Part shown: piece after piece, positions 61,063 to 64,000 of the stretch
Position numbering within the stretch: the first letter of the stretch is position 1
Layout of the letters: each line of letters begins with the position of its first letter
Assembly: GCA_016792845.1 (NCBI GenBank)
Contig: JAEUKH010000043.1
Span: 25,846 to 89,845, forward strand
Direction: 5' to 3'
Length of the DNA: 64,000 nucleotides
Source of the DNA: Myxococcales bacterium
GTDB taxonomy: Bacteria; Myxococcota_A; Polyangia; Polyangiales; Ga0077539
Position numbers and translations under genes: made by a program
Notes under the pieces: model-generated
The model's input: only the letters and a program-made list of their open reading frames with translations
The model's database searches: none
What the model was told of the DNA's origin: nothing

Positions 61063-61794
61063 ATGCCAACCGTCTATGTCACCGAAATCGAACGCTACCA
61101 TCGGGCCCTCTCAGGCGCCGCCGCCAACCTGCTGACCCGGGTGCAAGAGGGCGTCGACGCGCGACGCAGCGCCCGCGGGCACGCGCCGCCCGTCGCCATC
61201 GGGGCGGTGCTCGAATTCGCCCTGCTCGAAGCCGCCGCCGCGGTCGAACAGCTCGCCGCAGCCGAACAACGCCTCGACCTCGAAATCGCCGACGACGCCG
61301 AACCCAGGGCGCGACGCGATCTTCTGAGAGAGTCGCTCCGGGGGCTCGTCATCGAGGCCCGCGAGGCCATCGCAGGCGCCTACGGCGAGGCCGCCCTCAC
61401 CACCCTCGGCATCGTGGGCGGCACCGAGTCAGATGCCACCACGCTCTTGCGTCAAGCGCGGCTCCTCGCGCAAGCCAGCGAGCGGCTCGAGAGGCTCAAG
61501 GCGCGGCGCGGCGTGCGGCTCAACCTCGACGACCTCGCCTCGGAGCTCGAACCCCTGGCCTCGCAGCTCGACGCCTCGCTCCGAGACGTGGCCCGCGAAG
61601 AGGCCGAGCTCAAAGACGCCAGGGTGAACCGTGACGGGGCCGCGACCCGGGCCGAGCGTGCGCTCTCGGCGCTCCTGTCGACCGTCCATGCGGCCCTGCG
61701 CCTCGCGGGGCTGTCTGACGAGATCGCGCGTCTGCCCGCCCGCACCACCGCGCGAAGCTCGGGCCCGAGCGAGGGCGCTCCGCCGACGGCCTGA
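61063..61794 (+). CDS. Hypothetical alpha-helical protein
   Basis: Ala/Leu/Glu/Arg-rich, predicted coiled-coil-like. No domain recognised. Confidence 0.45.
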   Translation: MPTVYVTEIERYHRALSGAAANLLTRVQEGVDARRSARGHAPPVAIGAVLEFALLEAAAAVEQLAAAEQRLDLEIADDAEPRARRDLLRESLRGLVIEAREAIAGAYGEAALTTLGIVGGTESDATTLLRQARLLAQASERLERLKARRGVRLNLDDLASELEPLASQLDASLRDVAREEAELKDARVNRDGAATRAERALSALLSTVHAALRLAGLSDEIARLPARTTARSSGPSEGAPPTA

Positions 61795-61829
61795 GCCTCG
61801 CCCCGCCCGGCGTCTTCCCGCGGCCCGCG

Positions 61830-61952
61830 CCTTCCGGGCGCCTCAGAACGCCTCTCCCACCCTGGTACCGCCCTTCCGAGCGCCTCGGAACGCCTCTACC
61901 ACCCTGGTACCGCCCTTCCGAGCGCCTCGGAACGCCTCTACCACCCTGGTAC
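61830..61952. repeat. Intergenic tandem array, three copies of a 42-bp unit (ccttccgagcgcctcggaacgcctctaccaccctggtaccgc)
   Basis: Direct reading: units start at 61830, 61872, 61914. The third copy degenerates after ggtac. Confidence 0.85.
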
Positions 61953-62109
61953 GAGCGTTTTGCACACCTTGACCTACATCACCCAGGCTTCGAGGGCCGC
62001 CCCGAGGCGACCGGAGACACCTCGACAGAGATGAAACAAAGTTGATGCAAAGGTCATCGAAGGCGAGCCGGGGCCCGCTGTGGGTTTTGCGTCCGGCGTG
62101 GAGTCTGCC

Positions 62110-63519
62110 ATGCGTGTTGAATGGGCTTCGTGGGCCTTGGCGGTGCTTGCCCTCGGAGGCTGCGGTGACCCGACGCCCGCCGCGAACGATGCGGCCCTAG
62201 GGGCCGACGCCGCCGAGGCCGGAGGCGCCGCCGTCGAGGCCCGGTGCGTGTACGTCAACGCCTTCTCGCGCGCCGAAGAGTGCCGCGAATACCCCGACCC
62301 CAGGTGGACCCCCGAAGGCGTCGCCCGCGATTGCGCCAACGCCATGGGCGCCCTCACCCTCGGCGCCCGCTGCGCCAGCACGGGGCTCCTCGGGCAGTGC
62401 ACCGTCCGAAGGGTCGGGAGCAATGACACCCGCATCAGCTTTCCGGGCAGCGACGCTGGGCAGTGTGAGGCGACGGCGCGGGGCTGCACGGTGTTCGCCC
62501 GGGGCAGCTTTCAGCCCATGGGCCCGTGCGCGACGACGACCCCGGCAGACGGCGGCGTGGCCCCGACGGGCGCGGGGGTGTACCTCCCGGCCGATCGGGT
62601 CTGCCGGGCCCCGCGTGAGGGAGAGCCTCCGGGCCGCGGCCCGGGCGGGCAGGTTTGCACCTGGTCGGCCATCGCGGGCGCCACCGAAGAGGGACGCCGC
62701 TTCGACGACTACGCCTCGTGCGAGCGGGTGCGCACCCAGCGCCCCTACTACCCCGCCCGCCCCGGAGCGCCCCGCGGCGACGACCCCCGGATGCGCGACC
62801 CGGCCTACCAGCGCGAGCTCGCCTGGGTTCGGAGCCAGATCGAAGCGAGCGCGTGTGTGTGCTGCCACGCGACCCGTACGGCGCCCGGCGGCCCGAGCAA
62901 CTGGTACCTCGAAGCGCCGGGCAACTTCGTCGATTCGTTCTTTGACTCGGGCCTCGCCCTGGGGGCCGGGTGGGTCGATTCGCGGGCCCTGGGGGCGTAC
63001 CCCCCGGCCGAGAACAACGGGTTCGACCGGGTGAACTCGGGCGTTCCGAGCACCGACCCGGCGAGGATGCGGGCTTTCTTCGAGGCCGAGCTTCGTCACC
63101 GGGGTCGCACCCGCGAGGAGTTCGCCCAGGCGACGCCCTTCGGAGGCCCCATCTACGACCAGCTGGTGTACCGCCCGGGGCCGTGCGGTGCGGGGCAGGG
63201 TCAGGGCCCCGACGGCGCCCTCGTGTGGACGGGCGGCGCCGCGCGGTACCTCTACGTGTTGGAGGCCGAGAGCGCGAGCCCGGGGGTTCCGCCCAACCTG
63301 GATGTTCCGACGGGGACGCGGTGGTTGGCCGAGGTGCCTCCGACGGCGTCTCCGTTCGGCTCGGGGCTGCGGTACGGGGTGTTGCCGACCGGCGCCACGC
63401 AGCGGGTGCCCGCGATGGGCGCTCCGGCCCCGCTCGCGCCGGGTGCGACGTACTACCTGGCCGTGCTGGCCGATGTGGGCGTCCCGGTGACCCGGTGTTT
63501 GTTTACGACGCCCCGCTGA
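62110..63519 (+). CDS. Hypothetical Cys-rich lipoprotein
   Basis: Lipobox LALGGCG. Multiple Cys pairs. No domain recognised. Confidence 0.55.
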   Translation: MRVEWASWALAVLALGGCGDPTPAANDAALGADAAEAGGAAVEARCVYVNAFSRAEECREYPDPRWTPEGVARDCANAMGALTLGARCASTGLLGQCTVRRVGSNDTRISFPGSDAGQCEATARGCTVFARGSFQPMGPCATTTPADGGVAPTGAGVYLPADRVCRAPREGEPPGRGPGGQVCTWSAIAGATEEGRRFDDYASCERVRTQRPYYPARPGAPRGDDPRMRDPAYQRELAWVRSQIEASACVCCHATRTAPGGPSNWYLEAPGNFVDSFFDSGLALGAGWVDSRALGAYPPAENNGFDRVNSGVPSTDPARMRAFFEAELRHRGRTREEFAQATPFGGPIYDQLVYRPGPCGAGQGQGPDGALVWTGGAARYLYVLEAESASPGVPPNLDVPTGTRWLAEVPPTASPFGSGLRYGVLPTGATQRVPAMGAPAPLAPGATYYLAVLADVGVPVTRCLFTTPR

Positions 63520-63554
63520 GGGGCGCGGAGGGTGGGGCGAGCCGGGCGGGTGCG

Positions 63555-64000
63555 CTACTCGTCGCGGATGCCCACGAGCATCGCCTCGCCGTCGGGCGCC
63601 GTCACGAACAAGAGCGACTGACCGAACTGGCCGACGGTGAAGCGCAACCGTCGCTGCCGCTCGACCACATCGAAGGCGCCGCCCTGCTCGACGAGGTCGG
63701 CGAACCACGTCGCGCTGCGATGCGTACGGAGCTCCTCGAACGGGCTCCCTGGGCACGCCCGATCGATCGCGTCGGCCGCGGTGGTGATGCGCCCGCGCCG
63801 ATAGCGCGCGGAGGTCTCACCGTTGCGATCGCGCGTGCGCATGGGCACCCGCAGATGGGCCGTCGCCCAGGTCGCATCGGCGGCCTGCCCGAGCCCGCAC
63901 GCGCGTTCGAGCCACCGCGCGACCGCGGCCTGCTCGGGGAGCCCCGCCCCCGCGGGCGCAGGCTGCCCGTGCGCCAGAAACGAAACCGCCGACAACCCAA
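63555..64000 (-). CDS. Hypothetical protein (may extend past the window end)
   Basis: ORF of at least 146 aa ending ...LLFVTAPDGEAMLVGIRDE. No domain recognised. Confidence 0.35.
   Translation of the reverse strand, partial: GLSAVSFLAHGQPAPAGAGLPEQAAVARWLERACGLGQAADATWATAHLRVPMRTRDRNGETSARYRRGRITTAADAIDRACPGSPFEELRTHRSATWFADLVEQGGAFDVVERQRRLRFTVGQFGQSLLFVTAPDGEAMLVGIRDE

Overview
This is a 64 kb chromosomal segment at about 72% GC with the hallmarks of a Myxococcota genome: two MYXO-CTERM-type C-terminal sorting tails, Myxococcus-type Cys-rich repeats, many lipobox lipoproteins, three eukaryotic-like Ser/Thr kinase genes (one a predicted pseudokinase) and FG-GAP proteins. Coding density is high (about 45 CDS) and most long opposite-strand ORFs in the track are Arg/Pro-rich GC artefacts.

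The features I can support from the sequence are:
- **Housekeeping genes:** ligA with two BRCT domains, obg, ddl, hisIE, a plsC-type acyltransferase and a pncA-like nicotinamidase.
- **Signalling:** kinase–RCC1, zinc-ribbon–kinase and pseudokinase–FG-GAP proteins, an FHA-GGDEF cyclase and a dual-REC/PEGA protein.
- **Envelope proteins:** FadL-like OMP, MFS transporter, DedA, cytochrome c, and MopE-like and Myxo Cys-repeat lipoproteins.
- **Accessory modules:** an SNF2/SWIM helicase, an ADP-ribosylglycohydrolase, a LOG-family protein, a FIST protein and an FGE-sulfatase-domain protein.

The most interesting candidates, in order:
1. A radical SAM/SPASM enzyme followed by two paralogous zinc-ribbon, lipoprotein-like proteins built from tandem Tyr-Gly-Ala-Pro-Pro-Asp repeats. 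I think this is a previously undescribed rSAM-modified repeat-protein system.
2. A roughly 590 bp composite intergenic element with 18 bp terminal direct repeats, inverted arrays of a ~41 bp repeat, twin hairpins and a ~32% GC core. It looks iteron/origin-like or MITE-like.
3. An AbiL-like AAA_21 ATPase plus RloB-like pair, probably a defence module.
4. A translationally coupled FIST, PD-(D/E)xK-like, PlsC operon.
5. A degenerate EF-Tu-like GTPase.
6. A recurrent TTGCASCGCARCA motif built from AT-ending codons.
7. Two separate 42 bp tandem repeat arrays.

No rRNA, tRNA or CRISPR array was detected.
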